Below are positions 9,253 to 18,816 of a stretch of DNA of 38,349 bases, piece after piece. Both the position numbers and the translations under genes were made by a program. The notes under the pieces are model-generated. The model was not told the DNA's origin, did no database searches, and saw nothing but the letters and a program-made list of their open reading frames with translations. Position 1 is the stretch's first letter. The number at the start of each line of letters is the position of its first letter. The stretch comes from Oceanococcaceae bacterium (GTDB taxonomy: Bacteria > Pseudomonadota > Gammaproteobacteria > Nevskiales > Oceanococcaceae): positions 1-38,349 of the forward strand of contig JBDNBC010000228.1 of assembly GCA_039768115.1 (NCBI GenBank). The letters are read 5' to 3'.

Positions 9253-10089
9253 TCAGTTGGCCGTGCTGCGGGTTTGCGTGACACGCATCAGGATGCCGAT
9301 GACCGGATGATCGAAGTAGTGCACCTCGTTGAGTTTGACCCGCTTGCGCTGTGCCAGGCGATGCATGCTGAGCGCTTCACGGGGCCAGAGATCATCGGCA
9401 GGAGTGGCGCGGTCGGGGCGGGCGAAGACGTTGCTGTACTCGGCCGCACGATCGGCGCGTTCACCATCGAAATCGCGTTGCTGCTCGATCTCGGCGCGGA
9501 GGGCGGCATCGGTGACGAGGCGGGCGATATCCATTTCAACAAACAGGTAGGTGTCGACCCAGGCCCGTGCCCAGCCCTGCAGGCGGCGACGGGTTTCCGG
9601 TTCACGCTCGGTCGGGCGATCAAAGTCCACGCCTTCACCGCTGACCTGAGCGGCCTGCATCAGCGACTCGGCCTCGATGGCAATCTCCGGGCCACTGGCC
9701 ACGCGCCAGATCGGTGACCGGTTCAGCCCGCTCTGCGGAAAGCGGTAGCTCGCCACGTAAAGCGGGGTATAGCCCTGGCTGCGCATCTGCGCGGCCTCGG
9801 CAGCAAAGGCGCTGCCACTATCGGGCAGAAACTCCAGACCGGGGCGACTGGCCAGATCCTCCGGCGTACGGGCATCGTTCATGTCCTGGGCTTGCAGCGG
9901 CCACTGGCCATGATCACGGCGGCTGACCCAGGACGGTTGTTCGAAGACGATCATGTCGAGCTGGAGTGTCGTCTGGGCGCGGGCCGACAACGGCAGGGTG
10001 AGCGTGCCAACGATTAACGACAGCAGCAGCGATCGCAGCAGCCGGCGGGGCCAGGGTCGCAACAGGTCAGGCATGGGCGGGCGATTCAT
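9253..10089 (-). CDS. Secreted protein, possibly CsiV-family (peptidoglycan-associated)
   Basis: N-terminal signal sequence (LLLSLIVGTLTLPLSARA). The motifs LQLDMIVFEQP and C-terminal VHYFDHPVIGILMRV resemble, from memory, the CsiV/DUF2803 family, which often sits next to mfd. The start overlaps the mfd stop (ATG 10089 or 10074). Confidence 0.45.
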   Translation of the reverse strand: MNRPPMPDLLRPWPRRLLRSLLLSLIVGTLTLPLSARAQTTLQLDMIVFEQPSWVSRRDHGQWPLQAQDMNDARTPEDLASRPGLEFLPDSGSAFAAEAAQMRSQGYTPLYVASYRFPQSGLNRSPIWRVASGPEIAIEAESLMQAAQVSGEGVDFDRPTEREPETRRRLQGWARAWVDTYLFVEMDIARLVTDAALRAEIEQQRDFDGERADRAAEYSNVFARPDRATPADDLWPREALSMHRLAQRKRVKLNEVHYFDHPVIGILMRVTQTRSTAN

Positions 10090-13000
10090 CGCGCGGCAGC
10101 AGGAATTCGAGTATGCCAGTGAGGGCCGTGAGCCGCGTGGGCATGTCCTCGAGGGGGCGGTTGTAGTCCAGCTGCCGGTCGCCGATGAGCTTGTAATCGC
10201 GGGGCCGGCTCTGGATCAAACGCAGAAGCCGCGCCGGATCAATCACGGCCTGGCTGCCGAACTTGAGGCGGATGCCCTTGCTGCCGGCTTCAATACGCTC
10301 CAGTCGCAGCGGCGCTGCCAGGGCGCGAATGCGATGCACGTCGAACAGGGTCTGCGCGACATCCGGCAACTCGCCGAATCGGTCCATGATCTCGCGGCGC
10401 AGCTCCTCGACCGCCTCAGCGTCCTCGCACTGGCCCAGGCGCTTATACAGGGTCAGGCGCTGATTGACGTCGCCGATGTAGCGGTCCGGGAACAACGCCG
10501 AGGTGCCCAGCTCGACCTCGGTGGCCACGTCCTGGGCGAAGGGATCGTCCAGCTCGCCGCGCTTGAGCGCGCGCACCGCTCGCGACAGCATTTCCGCGTA
10601 GAGCGTGAAACCGACGGCATTGATCTGCCCGCTTTGCTGATCGCCCAGCAGCTCGCCGGCGCCGCGGATCTCCAGATCATGCGTGGCCAGCTGAAAGCCG
10701 GCGCCTAGGTCGGTCATCTGTTCGATCGCCGAGAGGCGCTGCTCGGCGTCATGGGTCAGTAGGTCCACCGGAGGCACAATTAGAAAACAGTAGGCCCGGT
10801 GATGGGACCGGCCGACGCGCCCGCGGAGCTGGTGCAGTTGCGCCAGGCCGAGGCGATCGGCGCGGTTGATCAGGATGGTATTGGCATTGGGCACGTCGAT
10901 GCCGGACTCAATGATGGTGGTGCTGACCAGCAGGTTGAAGCGGTTGTTGTAGAAATCCACCATCAGGCGCTCGAGCTCGCGCTCGTTCATTTGCCCGTGG
11001 GCGACGGCGATGCGCGCTTCGGGCACGATCCGCCGCAGCGATTCGGCCACCGACTCGATGTCCTCGACGCGGTTGTGCAGAAAATACACCTGACCGCCAC
11101 GGCGCAGCTCGCGCTGGCAGGCCTCATGAATGCGCGCGTTGTCCCACTCGGTAACGAAGGTCTTGATCGCCAGCCGTTTGACCGGTGGCGTCGCGATGAC
11201 CGACATGTCACGAATGCCGGCCAGGCTCATGTTCAGCGTCCGCGGGATGGGGGTGGCGGTCAGCGTCAGCATATCCACCGCGGCCCGCAGGGCCTTGAGG
11301 CGTTCCTTGTGACGCACGCCAAAGCGCTGTTCCTCGTCAACGATGACCAGGCCCAGGTTCTTGAAGCGGATGTCCTTCTGCAGCAGGCGATGCGTCCCGA
11401 TGACGATGTCGACCTTGCCTGCGCTCAGGTCTTCGAGCAGCACTTTCTGCTCCTTGGCCGTATTGACCCGCGACATGCCCTCGACCCGGATCGGAAAATC
11501 AGCAAAGCGATCCACGAAGGTGTCGCGGTGCTGGCTGGCCAGCAGGGTCGTTGGCGCGACCACGGCGACCTGGTAGCCGGCAGCAGCGGCGACAAAGGCC
11601 GCCCGCAGCGCCACTTCCGTTTTGCCAAAGCCCACATCACCACAGACGATCCGATCCATGGGCGTAGCTTTGGCCAGGTCTTCGATGACCGCCTCGATGG
11701 CGCGTAACTGATCATCGGTTTCGGTAAATGCGAAGCCGCCGGCGAAGCGGGCGTAGTCATCGGGCTCGCAGGTGATCGATACGCCCGGTTGTGCGGCCCG
11801 GCGTGCCTGAATCTCCAGCAGTTCCGCGGCGACATCGCGGGCGCGCTTCTCAGCCTTTTCCCGGTTCTTCGACCAGCGGTCGGAGCGCAGGCTGGCCAGC
11901 GGCGGGTTGTCGAGGTCAGCGCCGGTATAGCGGTGAATGCGCTCGAGGTTGGTGACCGGAACGTAGATCTTGTCGCCATCGGCATAGTCGAGCGTCAGAA
12001 ATTCCTGCTCGATACCACCCGCCGTCAGGTGGGTCAGCCCCTGGTAAATGCCGACACCATGATCGCGGTGCACGATCGGCGCGCCGACCGCGAGGCTGGA
12101 CAGATCCTTGAGCAGTGACTCGGCATCGCGACTGGCGCGGCGGCGCTGACGCACGGGCGGGCGCGCGCCGTACAGCTCGGCGTGAGTCAGGATACGTTCG
12201 CTTGCGGTGCGGCAGCCCTGTTCCAGCGGCGCAATGCAGACGCCGACGCGATTACGGTGGGCCTGGAAGTCGGCCAGGTGCTCGTGCCGTCGTGGGGTGA
12301 CGCCAAAGCGACTGAGGTCGGTTTCGAGATGCTCACGCTGGCTGTTGCTGCCGGCGACAAACAACAGGCGGCCCGGCTCGGCCAGCGCCTCCTCCAGCGC
12401 GACCTGCGGCAGGGCCTCGGTGATAACGCGGCAGGGCGCGACAATATTGTGATGGCGCGCGCGCTGCTGTTCGAGTGTCTCCGGGGACAGATACAGCTCG
12501 CCCGGTTGCAGCAGCGGGCGTTCGATGTCATGACAGCGCTGGTCAAAGCGCTCGCAGATATCGTTCCAGTCGTGGTCGAAGGCCTCCGCTCCGGCCGCAT
12601 CAAGAATGTGTACGGCCTCGGGCAGGTAGTCAAAAAGAGTGGCAGTCGCGTCAAAGAACAGCGGCAACCAGGCCTCGATGCCACCGGGCGCGATGCCCTT
12701 GCTGACATCGTCATAGATGCGACTGCGATGGATGTCGCCGGGGAAACGTTCGCGATAGCGCTCGCGAAAGCGGGCGATGCTGGCATCGTCGAGCGGGATC
12801 TCGCGGGTCGGCAGCAGCCGAATCGAGTCCACGGTGTCGGTAGAGCGCTGGGTTTCGACGTCGAACCAGCGCAGGGTGTCGATCTCGTCATCGAAGAGAT
12901 CCACGCGCACCGCCTGCCGCGCCCCCATCGGGAATACGTCCAGAATCGAGCCGCGGACCGCGAACTCGCCGTGGCCGGACACTTCCGGGACGCGCGCATA

Positions 13001-13444
13001 GCCGGCCTGCGCCAGGCGGCTCAACTCGGCGTCCAGGCGCAGACGGTCACCCCGGGTCCAGACGAAGCTGCGCGCCAGCAGGAAATCGGTTGGCGGCAGG
13101 CGCGAGCGCAACCCATAGGGCGTGGTGATCACCAGCCCGCGCGGCATCTGGCCCAGACGCAGCAGCAGGGCCAGTCGATCGGAAATCAGGTCCGGATGCG
13201 GCGAGTACAGGTCGTAAGGCAGGGTTTCCGGGTCGCAGAAATGCGCCACCGGCAGGTCGTCGCCGGCATGAAACCGCAACGACTGCTCCAGGCGCCAGGC
13301 CTGCTGCTCGTCCGCGGCGATCAGCAGCACGGGCCCTCTGGCGTCATGGGCCAGCGCCACCGCGCGATGGGCGAAAGGGCCCGGATCAGTCAGAGGCCAG
13401 GTTGCCGCGGCGGGAGGGGAGGTCGGCGCCGTGGTGTCCGTCAC
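10067..13444 (-). CDS. mfd: Transcription-repair coupling factor
   Basis: 1125 aa. Superfamily-2 helicase motifs [15 protein letters not shown] and [15 protein letters not shown]-interaction and CarD-like region, and a TRCF C-terminal domain. Confidence 0.95.
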   Translation of the reverse strand: MTDTTAPTSPPAAATWPLTDPGPFAHRAVALAHDARGPVLLIAADEQQAWRLEQSLRFHAGDDLPVAHFCDPETLPYDLYSPHPDLISDRLALLLRLGQMPRGLVITTPYGLRSRLPPTDFLLARSFVWTRGDRLRLDAELSRLAQAGYARVPEVSGHGEFAVRGSILDVFPMGARQAVRVDLFDDEIDTLRWFDVETQRSTDTVDSIRLLPTREIPLDDASIARFRERYRERFPGDIHRSRIYDDVSKGIAPGGIEAWLPLFFDATATLFDYLPEAVHILDAAGAEAFDHDWNDICERFDQRCHDIERPLLQPGELYLSPETLEQQRARHHNIVAPCRVITEALPQVALEEALAEPGRLLFVAGSNSQREHLETDLSRFGVTPRRHEHLADFQAHRNRVGVCIAPLEQGCRTASERILTHAELYGARPPVRQRRRASRDAESLLKDLSSLAVGAPIVHRDHGVGIYQGLTHLTAGGIEQEFLTLDYADGDKIYVPVTNLERIHRYTGADLDNPPLASLRSDRWSKNREKAEKRARDVAAELLEIQARRAAQPGVSITCEPDDYARFAGGFAFTETDDQLRAIEAVIEDLAKATPMDRIVCGDVGFGKTEVALRAAFVAAAAGYQVAVVAPTTLLASQHRDTFVDRFADFPIRVEGMSRVNTAKEQKVLLEDLSAGKVDIVIGTHRLLQKDIRFKNLGLVIVDEEQRFGVRHKERLKALRAAVDMLTLTATPIPRTLNMSLAGIRDMSVIATPPVKRLAIKTFVTEWDNARIHEACQRELRRGGQVYFLHNRVEDIESVAESLRRIVPEARIAVAHGQMNERELERLMVDFYNNRFNLLVSTTIIESGIDVPNANTILINRADRLGLAQLHQLRGRVGRSHHRAYCFLIVPPVDLLTHDAEQRLSAIEQMTDLGAGFQLATHDLEIRGAGELLGDQQSGQINAVGFTLYAEMLSRAVRALKRGELDDPFAQDVATEVELGTSALFPDRYIGDVNQRLTLYKRLGQCEDAEAVEELRREIMDRFGELPDVAQTLFDVHRIRALAAPLRLERIEAGSKGIRLKFGSQAVIDPARLLRLIQSRPRDYKLIGDRQLDYNRPLEDMPTRLTALTGILEFLLPRDESPAHA

Positions 13445-14562
13445 CGGCGAGAGGCGGCCGTCTGCGCCCGGGCCACGCGCGCTTCGTAAGCGGCGCGGGC
13501 AATGCCCACGTCGTCGATGAAATGCTCCAGCTCGTCCATCAGCAACGCTTGAGGACCATCGACCAGCGCGCAGGTGGGTTGCGGGTGGAAGTCGACCAGC
13601 ACCATGTTGGCCCCGGCAATGATGCCCTGTGCCGTGGCGTGGAAGACATCCAGCAGGCCGTCTGGCGCGCGATGGCGGGTGCCGACGGAATGCGAAGGGT
13701 CAATGCAGACCGGCATCCGGGTGAGCCGCTTGATGACCGGCACATGGCTGAAATCGACGAAGTTGCGATGCGGGTCGCCCATGTTGGTTTTCATGCCCCG
13801 CAGGCAGAAAATCACGTTGGAGTTGCCTTCGCTGGCCAGATACTCGGCCGCGTTCAGCGACTCTTCGAGGGTGATGCCAAAGCCGCGCTTGAGCAGCACC
13901 GGGAACTCCTGCTGCCGGCCCACGGCTTTCAGCAACTCGAAGTTTTGCGTATTGCGGGTGCCAATTTGCAGCATCACGCCGGTCGGATGGCCGGTTTTCT
14001 CCAGTGCGGAATAAATCTCGTCGATGTGTTTTTCGTGGGTGATCTCCATCGCGATCACCTTCATGCCGTGTTTGCCGGCCAGCTCGAAGACCCAGGGCAG
14101 GCAATCCGCGCCGTGGCCCTGAAACGAGTAGGGGTTGGTGCGCGGCTTGTAGGCGCCCATCCGCGTACAGACCTGGCCCAGCTTGCCCAACGCGGCCATC
14201 ATTGCGCCGACGTTGTCAGGGTTATCCACCGCGCACAGGCCGGCAAAGATGTTGAGGTTGTCCTGACCGAAACGCACGCCCTTGTAATCGAAGGCGGACT
14301 CGCGGTTGTCATCGGCGTGGCGGCCGAGAATGCGATAGGCCTCGGAAATGCGCACCACCCGTTCCACGCCGGGCAGCTCGGCCATGTCCTCGGTCGACAG
14401 CGTATGCGTATCGCCAAGCAGGTAGACCTCGGTCAGCGTCTGCCGGGCGCCGCGGACCATGTGCGCACGGTGCTGGATGTTCTTCAACCCCGCCAGCTGC
14501 TGCATCAGGGCCGTATAGCTCACGCCTTGCGGGTCGATATTGGGTTCGAGGATCAGAATCAT
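13441..14562 (-). CDS. aroF: 3-deoxy-7-phosphoheptulonate (DAHP) synthase, type I-beta with an N-terminal regulatory domain
   Basis: GTRNTQNFELLKAVG, PVLLKRG and PVCIDPSHSVG are KDO8P/DAHP-synthase I-beta motifs. I prefer the ATG at 14562 (MILILEPNIDPQG...). The track start at 14643 would overrun the divergent promoter region. Confidence 0.85.
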   Translation of the reverse strand: MILILEPNIDPQGVSYTALMQQLAGLKNIQHRAHMVRGARQTLTEVYLLGDTHTLSTEDMAELPGVERVVRISEAYRILGRHADDNRESAFDYKGVRFGQDNLNIFAGLCAVDNPDNVGAMMAALGKLGQVCTRMGAYKPRTNPYSFQGHGADCLPWVFELAGKHGMKVIAMEITHEKHIDEIYSALEKTGHPTGVMLQIGTRNTQNFELLKAVGRQQEFPVLLKRGFGITLEESLNAAEYLASEGNSNVIFCLRGMKTNMGDPHRNFVDFSHVPVIKRLTRMPVCIDPSHSVGTRHRAPDGLLDVFHATAQGIIAGANMVLVDFHPQPTCALVDGPQALLMDELEHFIDDVGIARAAYEARVARAQTAASRR

Positions 14563-14637
14563 CGGAGAGCAGCGGGGGAACAAGCCGCGAATTCTAGTGC
14601 ACCTGCCGTAGGCGCCGTTGACCCTTTCTTGATCCGG

Positions 14638-14653
14638 TGGCACGGAATATGCG
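14638..14653 (+). promoter_or_regulatory. Sigma-54 -24/-12 candidate upstream of the DUF2802-like gene
   Basis: TGGCACGGAATATGCG versus the consensus TGGCACG-N4-TTGCW (one mismatch in the -12 box), with correct GG-N10-GC spacing. Confidence 0.5.
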
Positions 14654-14687
14654 CGGCACGGACATCTGTCGCTTTATCTGTACAGCC

Positions 14688-15278
14688 ATGACTGCTTTCG
14701 TTGACGTGTCTTCCCATACGGTGTCGGCTCTGGCCACGCCATTGTCGTCGACCCCATCTCTGCTTCTTGCGGGAGGGATGCTCGGCGCGGTCTTCGTTGG
14801 GCTTGGTAGCGCCTTGCTGTTTCTGCACCGGAGGTTGAACACCGTTTCGGTTCAATCGAGCCCGAGCCATCAGCGCCGTGAAGCGCAGCGTGCCCACAAG
14901 GATTTGCAGCAAGCTCAGGCGCTTGGTGTGATGGCCAGTGACGGGTATGTGCTGGCCGCCGATCATGAGGCGGTGGTGAACGTTCTCAAAAGCGAGATCG
15001 CCGATCTGCGGTCATCGGTGCTGGCGCTCGAGGTGCGCATGCAGGCGCTCAAGCAGCGGCAGGATCATCAGCTGCAGGCCATGGCCGGTGGACGCGATAG
15101 CGAAGAACGTACCGCCAGTTTCACCGGCGAAGACCTGGTCGCGCTGGCGCGGCAGGGCTGGCGTGCCGAAGACCTGGCGCGGATGGCGCATCTGTCGCGT
15201 GCGGAAGCCGAATTATTGACGCGCCTGCACGGGCAGAAGCCACAGCCTCCGGCACCCCGCGACGTCCATCCGCATTGA
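14688..15278 (+). CDS. Membrane-anchored coiled-coil protein, DUF2802-like (family associated with flagellar/chemotaxis clusters)
   Basis: One TM helix (LLLAGGMLGAVFVGLGSALLFL), a coiled-coil centre and a C-terminal HTH-like tail (LVALARQGWRAEDLARMAHLSRAEAELLTRL) as I recall for DUF2802. A sigma-54-type promoter lies just upstream. Start ATG 14688 chosen to lie downstream of that promoter. Confidence 0.5.
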   Translation: MTAFVDVSSHTVSALATPLSSTPSLLLAGGMLGAVFVGLGSALLFLHRRLNTVSVQSSPSHQRREAQRAHKDLQQAQALGVMASDGYVLAADHEAVVNVLKSEIADLRSSVLALEVRMQALKQRQDHQLQAMAGGRDSEERTASFTGEDLVALARQGWRAEDLARMAHLSRAEAELLTRLHGQKPQPPAPRDVHPH

Positions 15279-15327
15279 TGGGACTTGGGCTGCTGTGCAG
15301 CCGAGGGGCTCTTTCAGCCGCTGGCAC

Positions 15328-15720
15328 TCAGGCCTGAGCTGACCATTGTCCACGTGAGCGATGATCCATGCTGCCACTGGCGCCATAGGTGCCCTGGTTG
15401 CTGAGCCGCGCCAAGCGCTCCTGCACCATCTGCCGGCGCCGCGCGATGCGCTCGCCGTTGTGCTGGTTGCGTTCGCTGCATTGTTCCAGCAGGGTCGTCA
15501 CATCGTCGGCGAGCGGCTGACGCAGGCGGCCGCCGTCATCTACGGCTAATGCCGGATGCAGGCTGATCTGCCGGCACAAGGCGTCCTTGCGTTCCACCAC
15601 GTCCTGAATCTGCGCAGCCTCACCGCTGTCGAGCACGGTCGACTCCGACTCCAGCGTCTCCCATAGCGCGAGCAATAGCTCCATCGGGTCCGGCATCGAT
15701 ACGGCGGCGGTAGCGGTCAT
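15328..15720 (-). CDS. flgN: FlgN-family flagellar export chaperone (for FlgK/FlgL)
   Basis: 130-aa helical protein immediately downstream of flgM and overlapping it by 4 nt, which is the canonical flgMN arrangement. Sequence similarity is weak, as is usual for FlgN. Confidence 0.7.
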   Translation of the reverse strand: MTATAAVSMPDPMELLLALWETLESESTVLDSGEAAQIQDVVERKDALCRQISLHPALAVDDGGRLRQPLADDVTTLLEQCSERNQHNGERIARRRQMVQERLARLSNQGTYGASGSMDHRSRGQWSAQA

Positions 15721-16037
15721 TTGCGCACTCCATCCAGGCCGGCTTCAAAAGCGATCAGCTTTTCCGCCAGTTTTTCGGCATCAACACGGTAGCTGCCGTC
15801 AGCAATGGCGGCGCGTAAACGCTCGACCTTGGCGTTGTCGATGCCGTCACCCTGGCGGGCCAGTTCGGCGATGTCAGGTGCGCCGACCCGGACGCTGTCC
15901 TGTGCGGGTCGAGCCGCACTGTCGCGCGCGGCATTGTCGACCGGCGCCTCTGAGCGATCCAGGCCAGTGCCTTTGGCGGCGCCGGTGTCGGCAACGGCGC
16001 GGGGGAGGGAATTGGTGATGTCCAATCGGGTATTCAT
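15717..16037 (-). CDS. flgM: Anti-sigma-28 factor FlgM
   Basis: 106 aa. The C-terminal FlgM signature is IDNAKVERLRAAIADGSYRVDAEKLAEKLIAFE. A sigma-28 promoter lies directly upstream. Confidence 0.85.
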   Translation of the reverse strand: MNTRLDITNSLPRAVADTGAAKGTGLDRSEAPVDNAARDSAARPAQDSVRVGAPDIAELARQGDGIDNAKVERLRAAIADGSYRVDAEKLAEKLIAFEAGLDGVRK

Positions 16038-16065
16038 GGCTTCGTTCCGGTGGCTTCTGGCCTGT

Positions 16066-16093
16066 GTATCGGCCGCAAAGTGGCCAACTTGAG
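16066..16093 (-). promoter_or_regulatory. Sigma-28 (FliA) promoter of flgM-flgN
   Basis: The minus strand reads CTCAAGT-N13-GCCGATAC in the flgA-flgM intergenic region, about 30 nt upstream of the flgM ATG. Confidence 0.75.
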
Positions 16094-16137
16094 GCCAACA
16101 CGCAAATTAATGGTGCGACGCGATTCGATGACGGGTT

Positions 16138-16926
16138 TCATGGAATCAGTACCAGGCCGACATCGTCAACGCGGCCTTCCACAATACGCCCGCTGTGGGG
16201 ATTTCTCACCTTGACCCACGCCCCAACGGCGCCATCGGCAAGAACTTCGCCGGCCGACTCGATTCGCAGGCCATCGCGCTGCACGACCAGGCGCACATGC
16301 TGTCCGCGTTGCACAGCCTGACCGGCGCGCAGTTGCGTGGGCCGCAGAACCGTGCCCTCGGGCAGGGCCTGACGGGTCACGGACCCCAACGCCTGCTCAA
16401 CGGAACCGATATAGCCCAGCGGCATGCTGCTGACGGGCTTTCGGGTCAGGCGTAAATCATCGGCACTCAATGCCTCGCCGGGGCCGACGGGCCGGGACAG
16501 CGCCACCATCGTCACGGTCATGCTCAGGCGCACGGGGATGTAGACGCTCCAGCCGCCCGGGCAGCGCACGCCGACGATTCGGCGGTTGCGGCTGGCCTGG
16601 CCTGGCGGATCGAAGGCTTCGGGCTGCGCCGCGCAGTGCGGCAGATTCAAGGGGCGATCAAGCGTCGGGGTGTCGATATCCATGGGGCCGGCGCCGCTGT
16701 TGAGGACGTGGGCCTGCACCACCGCGCGCAGCCGGTCGGGATCTTCCAGTCCGGTATTACCGACGGGGGCCGCCAGGGCGGTCCCGACACCGCCCGCCAT
16801 TACTAATACGAGTGCCGTGCGCAGCCCACGCAATGGCGTGCCTCGGGACAGGCGGCGGGAAAGGTGGCGAATGGCGGTCGAGCGATTGGCAGTGGTCATC
16901 GGCAGCTTCCGGACAGTCATGTTCAT
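16138..16926 (-). CDS. flgA: Flagellar basal-body P-ring formation chaperone FlgA
   Basis: Signal sequence (ALVLVMAGGVGTALAAP) and a C-terminal SAF/FlgA pattern (GQHVRLVVQRDGLRIESAGEVLADGAVGAWVKVRNPHSGRIVEGRV). Start ATG 16926 or 16920. The longer track ORF would overlap cheV. Confidence 0.8.
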   Translation of the reverse strand: MNMTVRKLPMTTANRSTAIRHLSRRLSRGTPLRGLRTALVLVMAGGVGTALAAPVGNTGLEDPDRLRAVVQAHVLNSGAGPMDIDTPTLDRPLNLPHCAAQPEAFDPPGQASRNRRIVGVRCPGGWSVYIPVRLSMTVTMVALSRPVGPGEALSADDLRLTRKPVSSMPLGYIGSVEQALGSVTRQALPEGTVLRPTQLRAGQAVQRGQHVRLVVQRDGLRIESAGEVLADGAVGAWVKVRNPHSGRIVEGRVDDVGLVLIP

Positions 16927-16954
16927 GCCCGGTTGCGCTGCAATTGCAATGCCG

Positions 16955-16970
16955 CGGCAAGCCAATTGCA
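16955..16970 (+). promoter_or_regulatory. Sigma-54 -24/-12 candidate upstream of cheV-flgB...
   Basis: CGGCAAGCCAATTGCA, with correct GG-N10-GC spacing and a perfect TTGCA -12 box, 45 nt upstream of the cheV ATG in the flgA/cheV divergent region. Confidence 0.5.
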
Positions 16971-17014
16971 CGGGGATGGCAAACGCGAATTCTTGATCCG
17001 AGCGGAAACCCGTT

Positions 17015-17995
17015 ATGGCGACAACCTCCAGTCTTCTTTCCCGCATTGATGAAAACACCCAGCTCGCCGGTCACAACCGGCTGGCGCTGCTGCTCTTTGA
17101 GCTTGGCAATGGGGTGCGCTATGGCATCAATGTGTTCAAGGTGCGGGAAGTGATGAGCACGCCGACCATTCGGCCGGTACCCAAGGCGCATCCGATGGTG
17201 CGCGGCGTGATGCGTACGCGTGATCAGAATGTCCTGGTCATCAAGCTGGCCACGGCGCTGGGAGAGCCGAATAGCTGTCCGGAAGGCACGGTGGTGCTCA
17301 CCGAATTCAACCGCTCGATTCAGGGCCTGCTGGTGGCGCGGGTGGATCGCATCATTCACAAGTCCGTCGAAGAGGTGCATCCGCCGCCGCAGCTGGATGG
17401 CCATCACCACGGGTACCTGACCGCCGTGACCCGCCATGAAGGGCACCTGGTAGAAATTATCGATGTTGAGCAGCTGCTGGCCGAGGTGTCGGGCCCGCCG
17501 CCGGTGCTGTCCGAGCAGGTGCTGAATGCCCTGCGGCCCGAGATGCGTCATCACGGCAAGGTCCTGGTGGCCGATGACTCGCGGGTAGCGCGGGCGCAGA
17601 TCGTCCACACGCTGGATGCTCTGGGCCTCGAGTCGCTGGTCGTCAATGATGGGCGGGCAGCGCTGCGTGCCCTGCAAGCCGCGGTGGGGCAGGGGCCGAT
17701 TGGGGACAGTTTCTCGCTGCTGATCTCCGATATCGAAATGCCGGACATGGACGGCTATCGCCTCACGACCGAGATTCGCAGCGATGCGCGCATGGCCAGC
17801 CTGCCGGTCATCCTGCATACCTCCCTGTCGGGGATGTTCAACGAGGCGCTCATTCAGCGCGTGGGTGCCAATCGCTTCGTGCCTAAATTTCGGCCGGACG
17901 ACCTGGCCACCGCGGTGGTGGACATTCTCAGCGGCTCGACGGATGCCGCGCTGAGTGCGCCACCCACGGCACACGCCTTGCAGCTGCCGCGCTAG
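17015..17995 (+). CDS. cheV: Chemotaxis coupling protein CheV (CheW domain + receiver domain)
   Basis: N-terminal CheW-like domain (LLLFELGNGVRYGINVFKVREV) and C-terminal REC domain (VLVADDSRVAR...LLISDIEMPDMDGY). It lies 24 nt upstream of flgB. Confidence 0.85.
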   Translation: MATTSSLLSRIDENTQLAGHNRLALLLFELGNGVRYGINVFKVREVMSTPTIRPVPKAHPMVRGVMRTRDQNVLVIKLATALGEPNSCPEGTVVLTEFNRSIQGLLVARVDRIIHKSVEEVHPPPQLDGHHHGYLTAVTRHEGHLVEIIDVEQLLAEVSGPPPVLSEQVLNALRPEMRHHGKVLVADDSRVARAQIVHTLDALGLESLVVNDGRAALRALQAAVGQGPIGDSFSLLISDIEMPDMDGYRLTTEIRSDARMASLPVILHTSLSGMFNEALIQRVGANRFVPKFRPDDLATAVVDILSGSTDAALSAPPTAHALQLPR

Positions 17996-18019
17996 GCCCT
18001 GTTTTCAAGGACAACGCTC

Positions 18020-18409
18020 ATGGCACAAGACCCGCTGTTTGGTGCATTCGCCCCGGCACTACGTGTGCACGGCGAGCGCCTGGGCGTTCTGGCCGGCAAC
18101 CTGGCCAATGCCGACACGCCTGGATACATGGCGCGTGACATCGATTTTCGCAAGGTGCTGCAGAACGAAGGAGTCAAGGCCATGCCGATGGCCCAGACCC
18201 GTGCCGGTCACCTTCCGCCCAATGACGGCCTGCGGGTTTCCAGCCCGACCCAGTGGCGGATTCCGACCCAGCCCAGCGCCGATGGCAACACGGTCGAAGG
18301 CCCGGTGGAGCAGGCGGCCTATATGGATGCCGCACTGCGCTACCAAGCGGCTCTGCGCTTTATTGATGGACGGATGTCGAGTCTGCGGACCGCCATCCAG
18401 TCACGCTGA
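18020..18409 (+). CDS. flgB: Flagellar basal-body rod protein FlgB
   Basis: LAGNLANADTPGYMARDIDF rod motif. 129 aa. AAGGA RBS. Confidence 0.9.
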   Translation: MAQDPLFGAFAPALRVHGERLGVLAGNLANADTPGYMARDIDFRKVLQNEGVKAMPMAQTRAGHLPPNDGLRVSSPTQWRIPTQPSADGNTVEGPVEQAAYMDAALRYQAALRFIDGRMSSLRTAIQSR

Positions 18410-18411
18410 TC

Positions 18412-18816
18412 ATGGCCAGCTTCTCCATCCTTGAAGTGGCCGGGCATGCGCTTGCCGCGCAGTCGACCCGCCTGAATACCGTGGCCAGCAACATGGCCAA
18501 CGCCGATGCCGTATCGGGACGTCCGGAGGATGTCTACCAGGCACGCCATCCCGTGTTTCGCACGCTGCTCACTGAATCCGGGCACGCGACGGTGCAGGTC
18601 ACTGAGATCACCACCGATACGGCCGAGCCGCAGTTGCGCTACATGCCGGGTCATCCCGATGCGGACGACAACGGCTATGTCTACGCGCCCAATGTCGATG
18701 TCGTCGAGGCGATGGCCGACATGCTGTCAGCCTCGCGCGCCTACCAGAGCAATCTCGAACTGATGAACACCTCAAAGGATCTGCTGATGCGGACATTGGA
18801 GACCGGACGTGGTTAA
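18412..18816 (+). CDS. flgC: Flagellar basal-body rod protein FlgC
   Basis: VASNMANADAV, YMPGHPDADDNGYVYAPNVDVVEAMADMLSASRAYQSN. Confidence 0.95.
   Translation: MASFSILEVAGHALAAQSTRLNTVASNMANADAVSGRPEDVYQARHPVFRTLLTESGHATVQVTEITTDTAEPQLRYMPGHPDADDNGYVYAPNVDVVEAMADMLSASRAYQSNLELMNTSKDLLMRTLETGRG

Noticed and set aside
15288-15302. GGCTGC-TGT-GCAGCC hairpin between the convergent DUF2802-like gene and flgN, considered as a possible bidirectional terminator
   Set aside because: It has only 6 bp, a 3-nt loop and no U-tract on either strand, so it is too weak to call.
18021-18036. TGGCACAAGACCCGCT with correct GG-N10-GC spacing
   Set aside because: It begins within the flgB start codon (ATGGCAC...), there is no downstream unit for it to serve, and the -12 box is poor (CCGC).
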